Shown here piece after piece: positions 1 to 6,395 of a stretch of DNA of 7,098 nt. A program made the translations under genes and the position numbers. The notes under the pieces are model-generated. The model did no database searches. It worked only from the letters and a program-made list of their open reading frames with translations, and had not been told where the DNA came from. The first letter of the stretch is position 1, and every line of letters starts with the position of its first letter. The DNA comes from a virus (lineage: Duplodnaviria; Heunggongvirae; Uroviricota; Caudoviricetes), in the IMG/VR virus record IMGVR_UViG_2606217102_000007. One strand, written 5' to 3'.

Positions 1-329
1 CGGGCTGAAGACTGGCGCAGGGCGGATGGCAGTACCGGGTCATATTGCTCACCCAGCGTTTCCGCCATTTCTTCCTGAAGTGCGCTGATTCGCTCCTGTG
101 CTTCCTGTATCTGCCGTTCGGTTTTAGCGCGAAGTTTTTCTGAGCTTTTACCGAACTGCATGCGCTGCAGTTTCGCAACCAGCGCCTTCAGCCGGTTGAT
201 TTCGGAAGCATAAGCCGCCACCCGCTGTGAGAGCAGGCGGTTGTATTTCGCCATCTGGCGGATGGTGTCCTGTTGCGTCTGCAACAGTGCCCGCAGGCGG
301 GCATTCTCATGAGCAAGTGAGGTGTCCAT
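1..329 (-). CDS. tnpC: IS66-family transposase TnpC (orf3), N-terminal 110 codons only; continues past window start
   Basis: ATG at 329-327 on the minus strand; my translation reads MDTSLAHENARLRALLQTQQDTIRQMAKYNRLLSQRVAAYASEINRLKALVAKLQRMQFGKSSEKL..., a leucine-zipper-like N-terminus as in IS66 TnpC. Absent from the ORF track because there is no stop in the window. Starts 17 nt after the tnpB stop. Confidence 0.85.
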   Translation of the reverse strand, partial: MDTSLAHENARLRALLQTQQDTIRQMAKYNRLLSQRVAAYASEINRLKALVAKLQRMQFGKSSEKLRAKTERQIQEAQERISALQEEMAETLGEQYDPVLPSALRQSSA

Positions 330-348
330 ATCCTCACTTTACAACGGG

Positions 349-696
349 TTATATGCGGATGCCAGCGCGTTCCGTTCGTTTCGGGTGCTTCCAGTCGATG
401 CCTTCGAGAAGCATGGACAACTGAGCCGGAGTAAGGTGAACCTTTCCATCGCGGGTGACCGGCCAGACGAAGCGGCCCCGCTCCAGGCGTTTGGTGAAGA
501 GGCACAGTCCGTCACTGTCAGCCCACAGCACTTTTATCTGGTCACCCCGGCGTCCGCGGAAGATGAACAGATGCCCGGAGAACGGGTCATCCTTCAGGAC
601 GTTCTGAACTTTTGAGGCCAGGCCGTTAAAGCCATTTCGCATATCGGTGATACCGGCAACCAGCCAGATACGCGAACCGGCAGGGAGAGATATCAT
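349..696 (-). CDS. tnpB: IS66-family accessory protein TnpB (orf2), 115 aa
   Basis: ORF-track protein MISLPAGSRIWLVAGITDMRNGFNGLA...GHLFIFRGRRGDQIKVLWADSDGLCLFTKRLE matches the conserved IS66 Orf2 family by memory; its start codon overlaps the tnpA stop (ATGA). Confidence 0.9.
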   Translation of the reverse strand: MISLPAGSRIWLVAGITDMRNGFNGLASKVQNVLKDDPFSGHLFIFRGRRGDQIKVLWADSDGLCLFTKRLERGRFVWPVTRDGKVHLTPAQLSMLLEGIDWKHPKRTERAGIRI

Positions 697-1346
697 CAGT
701 GGCTGCTCCCTTTCATTTCGCGGATAAGTGTCTGTAATAACGCCGGTGTCAGTTCACCTTTCAGCCTGAGAGTTCCGGCCGGCAGAACCAGCTCGCAGCA
801 CAGACTGTCTGGCAGTGTATTTATCTGTTCAGGTATCTGCACTGGTGCCGGGATTTTATTATCCGGCTCCGGAGTTAACGTCACGGGAAGTAGCGATGTT
901 TCATGTTCGCCGGGCGGTTGCAGGCCACCGTTACGCCAGAGATGCCGCCAGTTAAAGAGCAGGTTATCGTTAATTCCATTCTCTCGAGCTATTTGTGCGA
1001 CACAGGCACCGGGTAAAAGAGTTTGCTGAACCAGTCTCCATTTAAACTCCGGTGAAAATCGGTTCCGGCGGGGTTTCTCTGCTTTCACAGGCTGAGTCAC
1101 GGTCGGGGCTGAAGGGTATCGCCCCGGGAAAAGAGCCCGGGCCAGTTGCCCGCAGGAATATTCACCGGAAAGAGGCCAGTCAGTGAATACCTGGTGAAAT
1201 CGCCTCACCAGAGAAAAAATGGCGGTTTTGCTGACACCAGTCTGCGCAGAAATGCGCGGGTACGACAGTGACTCGTCAAATCTCAGCTGTAGCACACGCA
1301 GGATCAATTCTGGATTATCTGCCAGTACCGCTTTTCGTGCATTCAT
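696..1346 (-). CDS. tnpA: IS66-family TnpA (orf1), 216 aa, helix-turn-helix protein
   Basis: First gene inside the IS terminus; contains the RRNRFSPEFKWRLVQQ...CVAQIARENGINDNLLFNWR segment typical of transposase Orf1/OrfA HTH proteins. The true start could be an alternative codon, since there is no internal Met. Confidence 0.75.
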   Translation of the reverse strand: MNARKAVLADNPELILRVLQLRFDESLSYPRISAQTGVSKTAIFSLVRRFHQVFTDWPLSGEYSCGQLARALFPGRYPSAPTVTQPVKAEKPRRNRFSPEFKWRLVQQTLLPGACVAQIARENGINDNLLFNWRHLWRNGGLQPPGEHETSLLPVTLTPEPDNKIPAPVQIPEQINTLPDSLCCELVLPAGTLRLKGELTPALLQTLIREMKGSSH

Positions 1347-1405
1347 CTTAAATGTCCTTTTACTGCGAAAATGGACATTAGTATCGGAAACAGGAAAGGG
1401 AGGCG

Positions 1406-1431
1406 AAAGACGGTTTAAATGATGCGCTTAC
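1406..1431. repeat. IS66-family terminal inverted repeat (outer end at 1431)
   Basis: Sequence ...gacggtttaaatgatgcgcttac; reverse complement begins GTAAGCG. The inner boundary is approximate because the partner repeat is outside the window. Confidence 0.6.
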
Positions 1432-2770
1432 CAGCCTCGGGAGTTAAATCTCCTTTATTTAGAACGTTTTTAAGGCGCGTTTGAGTTGCATGTGTTGCCA
1501 TTTTTGCATAATCAGCTTTTCCCGCTCTCCATGCTGAAGCATCTTTTGGGCTAAGTCCTTTCGCTATAGATTTACTAAGGCTATTGGTTAGCGAGTTGTA
1601 GACCCTGTCGACCATTGTTTGCGACATTGATGGCAGAACTGTACGATCGCCTTTTACGTCAATGCGGAACTGAGTTCTCAGCTTATCAAGTAACTCAAAG
1701 GCATCATCTCCATTTGTTATCTCCTGAATGGCATTCTTATAATCATTAAGCGCAGAAATGGTCTGGGTGTCAGAAACACCTTTAAGTTTCCCAAGTTCGT
1801 TTACTGCTCCGTCGATAGCTCTTATGGCGCCACTTGTATCAACTGGCTTTCCAACCATTCTTCCTGACAGGTTGTTTAGTTTTGACTTGGCTAACGATTT
1901 TTCCCTTGCAACGCCTGACTTTAGACTATCAACGACTACAGATGGATCGTAGTCGCCGTATTTTTCGGTGAAGCGATTAACAAGCTTGGTTCTAGCATCC
2001 TGCTGTGCGGCTCTCATTGGTCCAGTCCCAGCTATGACTCCTTCTGAGTAACCCTGCAGTTGATTGCCAAGTTTTGTTTTTGGAGGAACTACATCCGATG
2101 TCATAACTGGTACATCTGCCGCAGCGGCACGCTTGAGCAATTGCTGATCTGCTGGTGATATTTCGCCACGAACAGCAGTAATTCCACGCCCTATTCCCTT
2201 TGCTGCTGCGGAAAGAACCCCCTGAGCGGCAAGGTTAACTCCGGCATTTATGGCTGCATTTTGCGCGAAATCACCTTTCTGGTTTGCGGCCTCTGCCAGT
2301 GATCCAATAGCCATGCTTCCTGCCGTTCCAACTCCTGGAACTAAATACCCGCCAATTGTTTCTCCAGCTTGCGCGTAGGGGTCTGTCGGTCTGTCTACTG
2401 GACGATAAACATCATCCAATACTTTTGGCCCACCAAGCCCCTGACTGATTGCATTAATCAGACTTGCGCCACCCTGCAATACGTCAAATGGTATGTTTAC
2501 CAGACCGCGACCAGCCTGCTCTGCAATTTGCCCTGCACTTTGACCACCAGTGAGCCAATCGCCAGCTTGTTGCATCAATGATGGTTCTTCTTTCTGCTGC
2601 TGAGGTGGAGGGTATGCTGCATAAAACTGATCTCTTGCTTCAGCCCATTTGTCACCAGCCTTAGGGGCAACAACCTCATCAAAATATTGCGCTTGAGCCT
2701 GTGCTTTCTGTTCTTCAGTTAACGCCTGATACTGTGGAGAGGCGATAACATCTTTCCATGCTTTAGCCAT
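1415..2770 (-). CDS. Phage DNA-ejection (DNA transfer) protein, P22 gp16-like, with 3' end replaced by the IS insertion (native sequence 1432-2770; last codons and stop come from the IS repeat)
   Basis: 451-aa ORF whose final residues GKRII and stop are encoded inside the IS terminal repeat (stop = complement of 1415-1417). Third gene of a gp7/gp20/gp16-like cassette; P22 gp16 is about 609 aa, so roughly 150 C-terminal residues would be missing. Start overlaps the upstream stop as TAATG at 2768-2772. The family call rests on synteny, size and composition only. Confidence 0.55.
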   Translation of the reverse strand: MAKAWKDVIASPQYQALTEEQKAQAQAQYFDEVVAPKAGDKWAEARDQFYAAYPPPQQQKEEPSLMQQAGDWLTGGQSAGQIAEQAGRGLVNIPFDVLQGGASLINAISQGLGGPKVLDDVYRPVDRPTDPYAQAGETIGGYLVPGVGTAGSMAIGSLAEAANQKGDFAQNAAINAGVNLAAQGVLSAAAKGIGRGITAVRGEISPADQQLLKRAAAADVPVMTSDVVPPKTKLGNQLQGYSEGVIAGTGPMRAAQQDARTKLVNRFTEKYGDYDPSVVVDSLKSGVAREKSLAKSKLNNLSGRMVGKPVDTSGAIRAIDGAVNELGKLKGVSDTQTISALNDYKNAIQEITNGDDAFELLDKLRTQFRIDVKGDRTVLPSMSQTMVDRVYNSLTNSLSKSIAKGLSPKDASAWRAGKADYAKMATHATQTRLKNVLNKGDLTPEAGKRII

Positions 2771-4134
2771 TAATCACCCCATAGTGAAGAAAAGTTACTG
2801 CCGGCTGCTGGCTGTGATACCTGTGTAGGTTGAGATTGCTGCCGCTGAGATTTACCAACATTAACGTTATATTGTTGGTTGTAATTGTCGGTATATTGCT
2901 GAATGTCGCGCATTGATTGTTGCAGTGCTTCAGGGCTTGAGAAATCAACCTGTGGCATACCTTGAAAATACATCTTTGCTTCTGCAACGGTGTTGATACC
3001 GGATGCCCCCATGTCTCTGGCTGCTGCAATGCCCTGATTCTGCATCTTTCCTTGGATTCGCTGTGCAGCGTTGTATAGTTTCCTCTGATCACCACCAGAT
3101 GCACGGCTACGAATATCTGCACCAAGAGCAGGAGAACCTGAAGAGCCTGTAATGCCAGTCATGAAGCCAAGATCGTCAATTGATGCACCAGAAATTGCAT
3201 CAAGATCTTTCTTCATTGCGTAATTCTGCGCGCTTGCTGCCGATGTAGCCGGAGCGGCAATAGAGCCAGCAGGAACGCGAACCATATTCCCCTCGTTGTC
3301 GATACCTTCGTAGAACGCATTAGCCCCAGCGCCGTGAAGCTTCCCGCCTACCGTTACAGTTCTGCCATCTGCTAACTGAACTGTACGCTCATTATTCCCA
3401 ACCGACCCTTTCATTGATGCTCTCTGCATCGATAAATCCTGACCGCGCATCGTGATATTCTGACCGCGTGCTGTTAGCGCCTCTCCAGCCTTATTGCTGC
3501 GGATTGTCTCTGCCAGTCTGCCTCGGTCAATCTCACGACCAGCTATCTTGTCCTGAACAGCAAACGCCTTTTCTGGCCCAAGTGCACCGAGAGACATAGT
3601 AGTCAGCATGTGTGATAGCTGTTCTGGATTCTGGATACCTGTCTGAATCATCCAGTCAGCATTCGCACCCACGCGATTTAACCTGTCCTTGTTGTCAGTA
3701 ATGAATTTACTGTAGGCTTCCGGTCCCTGAGAAAGAGCGACGTTAGCCCTCATGGCTAAATCGCCCATATCGTTGCGTTGCTGCTCATTAAGACCGGAAA
3801 ACGCCTGTTGTGCCTGTGCAACAAACGCTGGATTTTCCTGGGCAAACTTAAATAGTCCCGATGGATCACCAGAAGCCCATGCATCAGCGTGAACCTTATT
3901 GAACGCCCTAATAGCTTTCTGTTGCTGTTCCTGATTGTAAATATCAGCAACTCCAGCCAGACCACGTAACGCGGTCAGACCAACGTTATTTGCACCTGAT
4001 CGAGCCAATTCATTGTTTTCGCGGATCAGACCAAGCGTTGCGTTAATGTCGCTTGCCTTTGGCGCATTCTCATTTTGCGTACCGATGCCAGCCAGAAAAC
4101 CACCAGAATTAATACCCTGTTGCCACGTAGCCAT
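2770..4134 (-). CDS. Phage DNA-ejection (DNA transfer) protein, P22 gp20-like, 454 aa
   Basis: Long intact ORF between the gp7-like and gp16-like genes; the size matches P22 gp20 (about 471 aa). The complement of 4139-4146 gives an AAGGGG ribosome-binding site upstream of the ATG. Gly/Ala/Gln-rich with a Q/N-rich C-terminus. Assignment is by gene order and size, not by sequence search. Confidence 0.55.
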   Translation of the reverse strand: MATWQQGINSGGFLAGIGTQNENAPKASDINATLGLIRENNELARSGANNVGLTALRGLAGVADIYNQEQQQKAIRAFNKVHADAWASGDPSGLFKFAQENPAFVAQAQQAFSGLNEQQRNDMGDLAMRANVALSQGPEAYSKFITDNKDRLNRVGANADWMIQTGIQNPEQLSHMLTTMSLGALGPEKAFAVQDKIAGREIDRGRLAETIRSNKAGEALTARGQNITMRGQDLSMQRASMKGSVGNNERTVQLADGRTVTVGGKLHGAGANAFYEGIDNEGNMVRVPAGSIAAPATSAASAQNYAMKKDLDAISGASIDDLGFMTGITGSSGSPALGADIRSRASGGDQRKLYNAAQRIQGKMQNQGIAAARDMGASGINTVAEAKMYFQGMPQVDFSSPEALQQSMRDIQQYTDNYNQQYNVNVGKSQRQQSQPTQVSQPAAGSNFSSLWGD

Positions 4135-4143
4135 GATTACCCC

Positions 4144-4545
4144 TTAAAACAACGAGCCAAGCAGACCAAGACCGCCACCAACAGCGGCACCAATACCAGT
4201 ACCAATACCAGGAACAATGCTGCCAAGTTTTGCTCCAGCAATTGCTCCAGAGGCAGCCCCGCCTATTGCAGATTGAAGGCCGGAAGGTCTATTAGCGTTT
4301 GCCGCCGCCAGTGCCGCGCTTTGCTGTGAAATCTGGCTCATGTTGTTGGCATATGTTTGCCCGGCATTTGCCTGCCCCTGAAGCGCGCCAAGACCAATAT
4401 TTGCCAGATTCTGGTAGTTGTTCATTTGTCCAGATAGCCATTGCTGACCAAGCGTTGGTGCGATTGTTGCTAACTGATTACTGGTTGAGGTGGAACCCAA
4501 TCCACCTGTTGCTTCCGCTGCCGCCAGACTCTGATATTCGCTGAC
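4144..4545 (-). pseudogene. 5'-truncated P22 gp7-like ejection protein gene (C-terminal ~130 codons native; the ORF-track N-terminal ~50 codons are read-through into unrelated DNA)
   Basis: The ORF-track protein (4144-4695) opens with an aberrant W/C/H-rich stretch (MAWWMASSSALWRVPLNGISRLGSNPITFPSSTIVLTSRSFHHCHGTGC), then switches to A/G/Q/N-rich sequence ending in a Gly-zipper-like hydrophobic tail. Those first ~150 nt are antisense to a plus-strand exonuclease-like frame. Confidence 0.5.
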
Positions 4546-4732
4546 AGGGCAGCCAGTTCCATGGCAGTGGTGGAATGACCGCGACGTAAGAACAATCGTC
4601 GAGCTTGGAAAGGTAATAGGATTCGACCCTAAGCGAGATATGCCATTCAAAGGAACTCGCCACAACGCGCTTGATGATGCCATCCACCAAGCCAAATACG
4701 TTTCAGCAATCTGGAAAAAATTAGCTAAATAA
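4535..4732 (+). pseudogene. 3' fragment of a DEDDh-family 3'-5' exonuclease gene (final ~65 codons including the Exo III-like motif)
   Basis: Plus frame open from 4535 (in-frame TGA at 4532-4534) to TAA at 4730-4732: ...WNDRDVRTIVELGKVIGFDPKRDMPFKGTRHNALDDAIHQAKYVSAIWKKLAK. H-N-A-L-D-D-A resembles the Exo III motif (H-x-A-x-x-D-A) of DnaQ-like exonucleases. No N-terminal Exo I/II region is present, and the next gene's RBS and ATG follow 16 nt later. Confidence 0.45.
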
Positions 4733-4737
4733 TCAAC

Positions 4738-4742
4738 AGGAG
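4738..4742 (+). promoter_or_regulatory. Ribosome-binding site (AGGAG) for the 4749 CDS
   Basis: caacAGGAGaaaaacATG, 6-nt spacer to the ATG at 4749. Confidence 0.6.
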
Positions 4743-4748
4743 AAAAAC

Positions 4749-5042
4749 ATGCCAGCGCCTTTGTATGGTGCGGATGACCCGCGCCGCTGTTCCGGCAAAT
4801 CAGTATCGGAGGTGCTGGATAAATTCAGAAAAAACTACGACCTGATAATGTCGCTACCGCAGGAAACGAAAAAGGAAAAGGAATTTCGCCACTGTATATG
4901 GCTTGCAGAGAAAGAAGAACGCGAGCGAATTTACCAGACATCAATCCGACCATTCCGTAAAGCCACATATACCCACTTCCCTGAAATTGACCCGCGCCTG
5001 CGTAATTACCGCTCACGCTATGGCGCTATCAGTAATGACTGA
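4749..5042 (+). CDS. Hypothetical prophage early-region protein, 97 aa, highly charged
   Basis: ATG preceded by an AGGAG RBS; the stop at 5040-5042 lies inside the next gene's RBS (tGAGGAa), indicating operon organisation. No family recognised. Confidence 0.6.
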   Translation: MPAPLYGADDPRRCSGKSVSEVLDKFRKNYDLIMSLPQETKKEKEFRHCIWLAEKEERERIYQTSIRPFRKATYTHFPEIDPRLRNYRSRYGAISND

Positions 5043-5052
5043 GGAATTTACC

Positions 5053-5217
5053 ATGAGAGGACTTGCATACAATCCCGGCATTCTTCCGGCAGAAATGATT
5101 ATTCGCCAACGCGTAAAGCCAATGCCATCGAGAGAGGAATTGCTTAAGAGAAATTCTTTTCCATCAGTGAATCAAAACAAATATCTGAATGCAATGTGGC
5201 GGAGTTGGAAGAAATGA
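5053..5217 (+). CDS. Hypothetical small basic protein, 54 aa ([54 protein letters not shown])
   Basis: ATG at 5053 with a GAGGAA RBS 6 nt upstream. The ORF track extends the same frame back to 4903, but that would overlap the 97-aa gene; the internal start with an RBS is preferred. Its stop overlaps the next start as ATGA. Confidence 0.4.
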   Translation: MRGLAYNPGILPAEMIIRQRVKPMPSREELLKRNSFPSVNQNKYLNAMWRSWKK

Positions 5218-5645
5218 AACAAATGTCACTAATTGAGATGGATGGATTTCTGAAAGGTAAATGCATCCCACGAGATTTAAAGGTTAACGAAACAAACGCT
5301 GAATATCTGGTGCGTAAATTTGCTGAAGCGGAGGCCAAGTGCGCGGCGCTGGCAGCGGAGAATGCGGGGATGAAGTCTGGCGCTATGGACGAAATCAAGG
5401 TTATCAACCGTGGAGGGCAGGCATATTGTGTAAAAGATGGAGTGCAAGTTAATCCCATGTATGCAAGAGGGTGGAATGACTATCGCGCAAAGTCTATGCA
5501 ATCAGACACCCCAGCCACCGATGCTTTTCTGGCTGAAGTACGAGCGCAAGGCGTGGAGATGTTTGCGGAGTGTGCATACACACTTGAACATCATGATCAC
5601 GCAGTAGCTTTTGCCGCCGAGCTGCGCAAAGGAGGCAACCAGTGA
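5214..5645 (+). CDS. Hypothetical prophage protein, 143 aa from ATG 5214 (ORF track gives a GTG start at 5196); contains four Cys and an EHHDH cluster
   Basis: ATGA overlap with the upstream stop; GGAG 9 nt upstream of ATG 5214. Its stop (5643-5645) overlaps the next gene's GTG start as GTGA. No family confidently recognised. Confidence 0.6.
   Translation: MKQMSLIEMDGFLKGKCIPRDLKVNETNAEYLVRKFAEAEAKCAALAAENAGMKSGAMDEIKVINRGGQAYCVKDGVQVNPMYARGWNDYRAKSMQSDTPATDAFLAEVRAQGVEMFAECAYTLEHHDHAVAFAAELRKGGNQ
5632..5637 (+). promoter_or_regulatory. Ribosome-binding site (AGGAGG) for the 5642 CDS
   Basis: aaAGGAGGcaaccaGTG; strong Shine-Dalgarno sequence 4 nt upstream of the GTG start. Confidence 0.6.
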
Positions 5646-6394
5646 GCAAGATTGACTATCAGGCACTGCGTGAGGCGGCAGAAAAAGCAACGTGTGGCGA
5701 GTGGTCGCTCGAATATGGAGAGGGCCGATTTGATGGTGATGATGCACTAATTCATCGCGAGGCTGCTGGATATATTCCCATTTGCAGAATTGAAGGAGCG
5801 CATCCTGAAAGCGGTTTCGATGAAGATTTCCAAATGGAACAGCAGGCCAATGCTGAATTCATCGCCGCAGCCAATCCGGCTACCGTCTTGGCGCTGCTGG
5901 ATGAGCTGGAAAGAAACCAGCAATACATAAAACGCCTCGACCAGGAGAACGAGGATATTGCGCTAACGGTAGGGAAGCTGCGCGTTGAGCTGGAAGGCAA
6001 AGACAGCAAAATAGCCAATCTTACCGCCGAACGCGATGCTCTTCGTGAAGGTGAGATGGGCGACGCTAGGCATAGCAACACACGGGCCGCAGCTGATATC
6101 TACTTCCAACTGGTCGAGGAGTGCGAAATTCCTGCTGGCGGATCTCTGGTCGAGTACGTTGACGATATGCGCGAGAAGCTGGAAGCCGCAGAGAAGCGCA
6201 TTGCAGAGTTAGAAAGTGGTTCTCAGGCACAAAAGTTAGTTGAAGCAATCATTGTTGCGATAGAAAACGAACAGGAAAGGCTTTTTGATGAAGATTACCT
6301 AATGGATTCGAAAGAATGCATTGACGTAATTCGTGAAGAAGTAAAGCGATGGAATGATTCCCGTGCCGCTGGCATTCGCATCAAAGGAGAGTGA
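5642..6394 (+). CDS. Ead/Ea22-like prophage early protein, 250 aa, acidic with a central coiled coil
   Basis: GTG start with a strong AGGAGG RBS. The N-terminus [21 protein letters not shown] and the AANPATVLALLDELERNQQYIKRLDQENEDIALTVGKLRVELEGKDSKIANLTAERDALREGEM heptad-like region resemble Ead/Ea22-family proteins of lambdoid prophages, as recalled from memory and not searched. Confidence 0.5.
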   Translation: MSKIDYQALREAAEKATCGEWSLEYGEGRFDGDDALIHREAAGYIPICRIEGAHPESGFDEDFQMEQQANAEFIAAANPATVLALLDELERNQQYIKRLDQENEDIALTVGKLRVELEGKDSKIANLTAERDALREGEMGDARHSNTRAAADIYFQLVEECEIPAGGSLVEYVDDMREKLEAAEKRIAELESGSQAQKLVEAIIVAIENEQERLFDEDYLMDSKECIDVIREEVKRWNDSRAAGIRIKGE

Positions 6395-6395
6395 G

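Larger units (their letters stand above)
1..1431 (-). mobile_element. IS66-family insertion sequence, partial (one terminus in window at ~1431; the other end lies beyond the left edge)
   Basis: Three consecutive minus-strand genes in the IS66 order orf1-orf2-orf3, with an ATGA stop/start overlap between orf1 and orf2 at 696. Reverse complement of 1409-1431 reads GTAAGCGCATCATTTAAACCGTC, the GTAAGCG-type terminus typical of IS66-family inverted repeats. Confidence 0.85.

Noticed and set aside
188-505. Minus-strand 105-aa ORF and plus-strand ORFs (227-424, 322-615) across the tnpB/tnpC region
   Set aside because: They lie in alternative or antisense frames of well-supported IS66 tnpB/tnpC coding sequence, with Arg/Trp/Cys/His-rich compositions typical of out-of-frame translation.
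1219-1422. Plus-strand 67-aa ORF inside the IS
   Set aside because: Antisense to tnpA and the IS leader; no RBS and no recognisable domain.
1758-2581. Plus-strand ORFs (1758-1952, 2369-2581) inside the gp16-like gene
   Set aside because: Antisense to a long, compositionally coherent minus-strand CDS; short and without an RBS.
2763-3965. Minus-strand ORFs 2763-3125 (120 aa) and 3756-3965 (69 aa)
   Set aside because: Both are alternative frames wholly inside the 454-aa gp20-like CDS; the long frame is the coherent one.
4075-4544. Plus-strand ORFs 4075-4329 and 4299-4544
   Set aside because: Antisense to the gp20-like/gp7-like coding region; Arg/Cys-rich junk composition.
4478-4690. Minus-strand 70-aa ORF
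   Set aside because: Out-of-frame overlap of the junction region; no RBS, no coherent composition.
4640-4732. Possible independent 30-aa micro-ORF starting at ATG 4640 (MPFKGTRHNALDDAIHQAKYVSAIWKKLAK)
   Set aside because: The frame is open and motif-bearing upstream of this ATG back to 4535 and there is no RBS before 4640, so it reads better as the tail of a truncated exonuclease gene.
4695-4748. Possible sigma70 promoter for the plus-strand operon (TAAATAAT near 4727)
   Set aside because: No acceptably spaced -35 element, and a start site there would fall inside the RBS of the 4749 gene; the operon promoter probably lies upstream, or the operon is read through.
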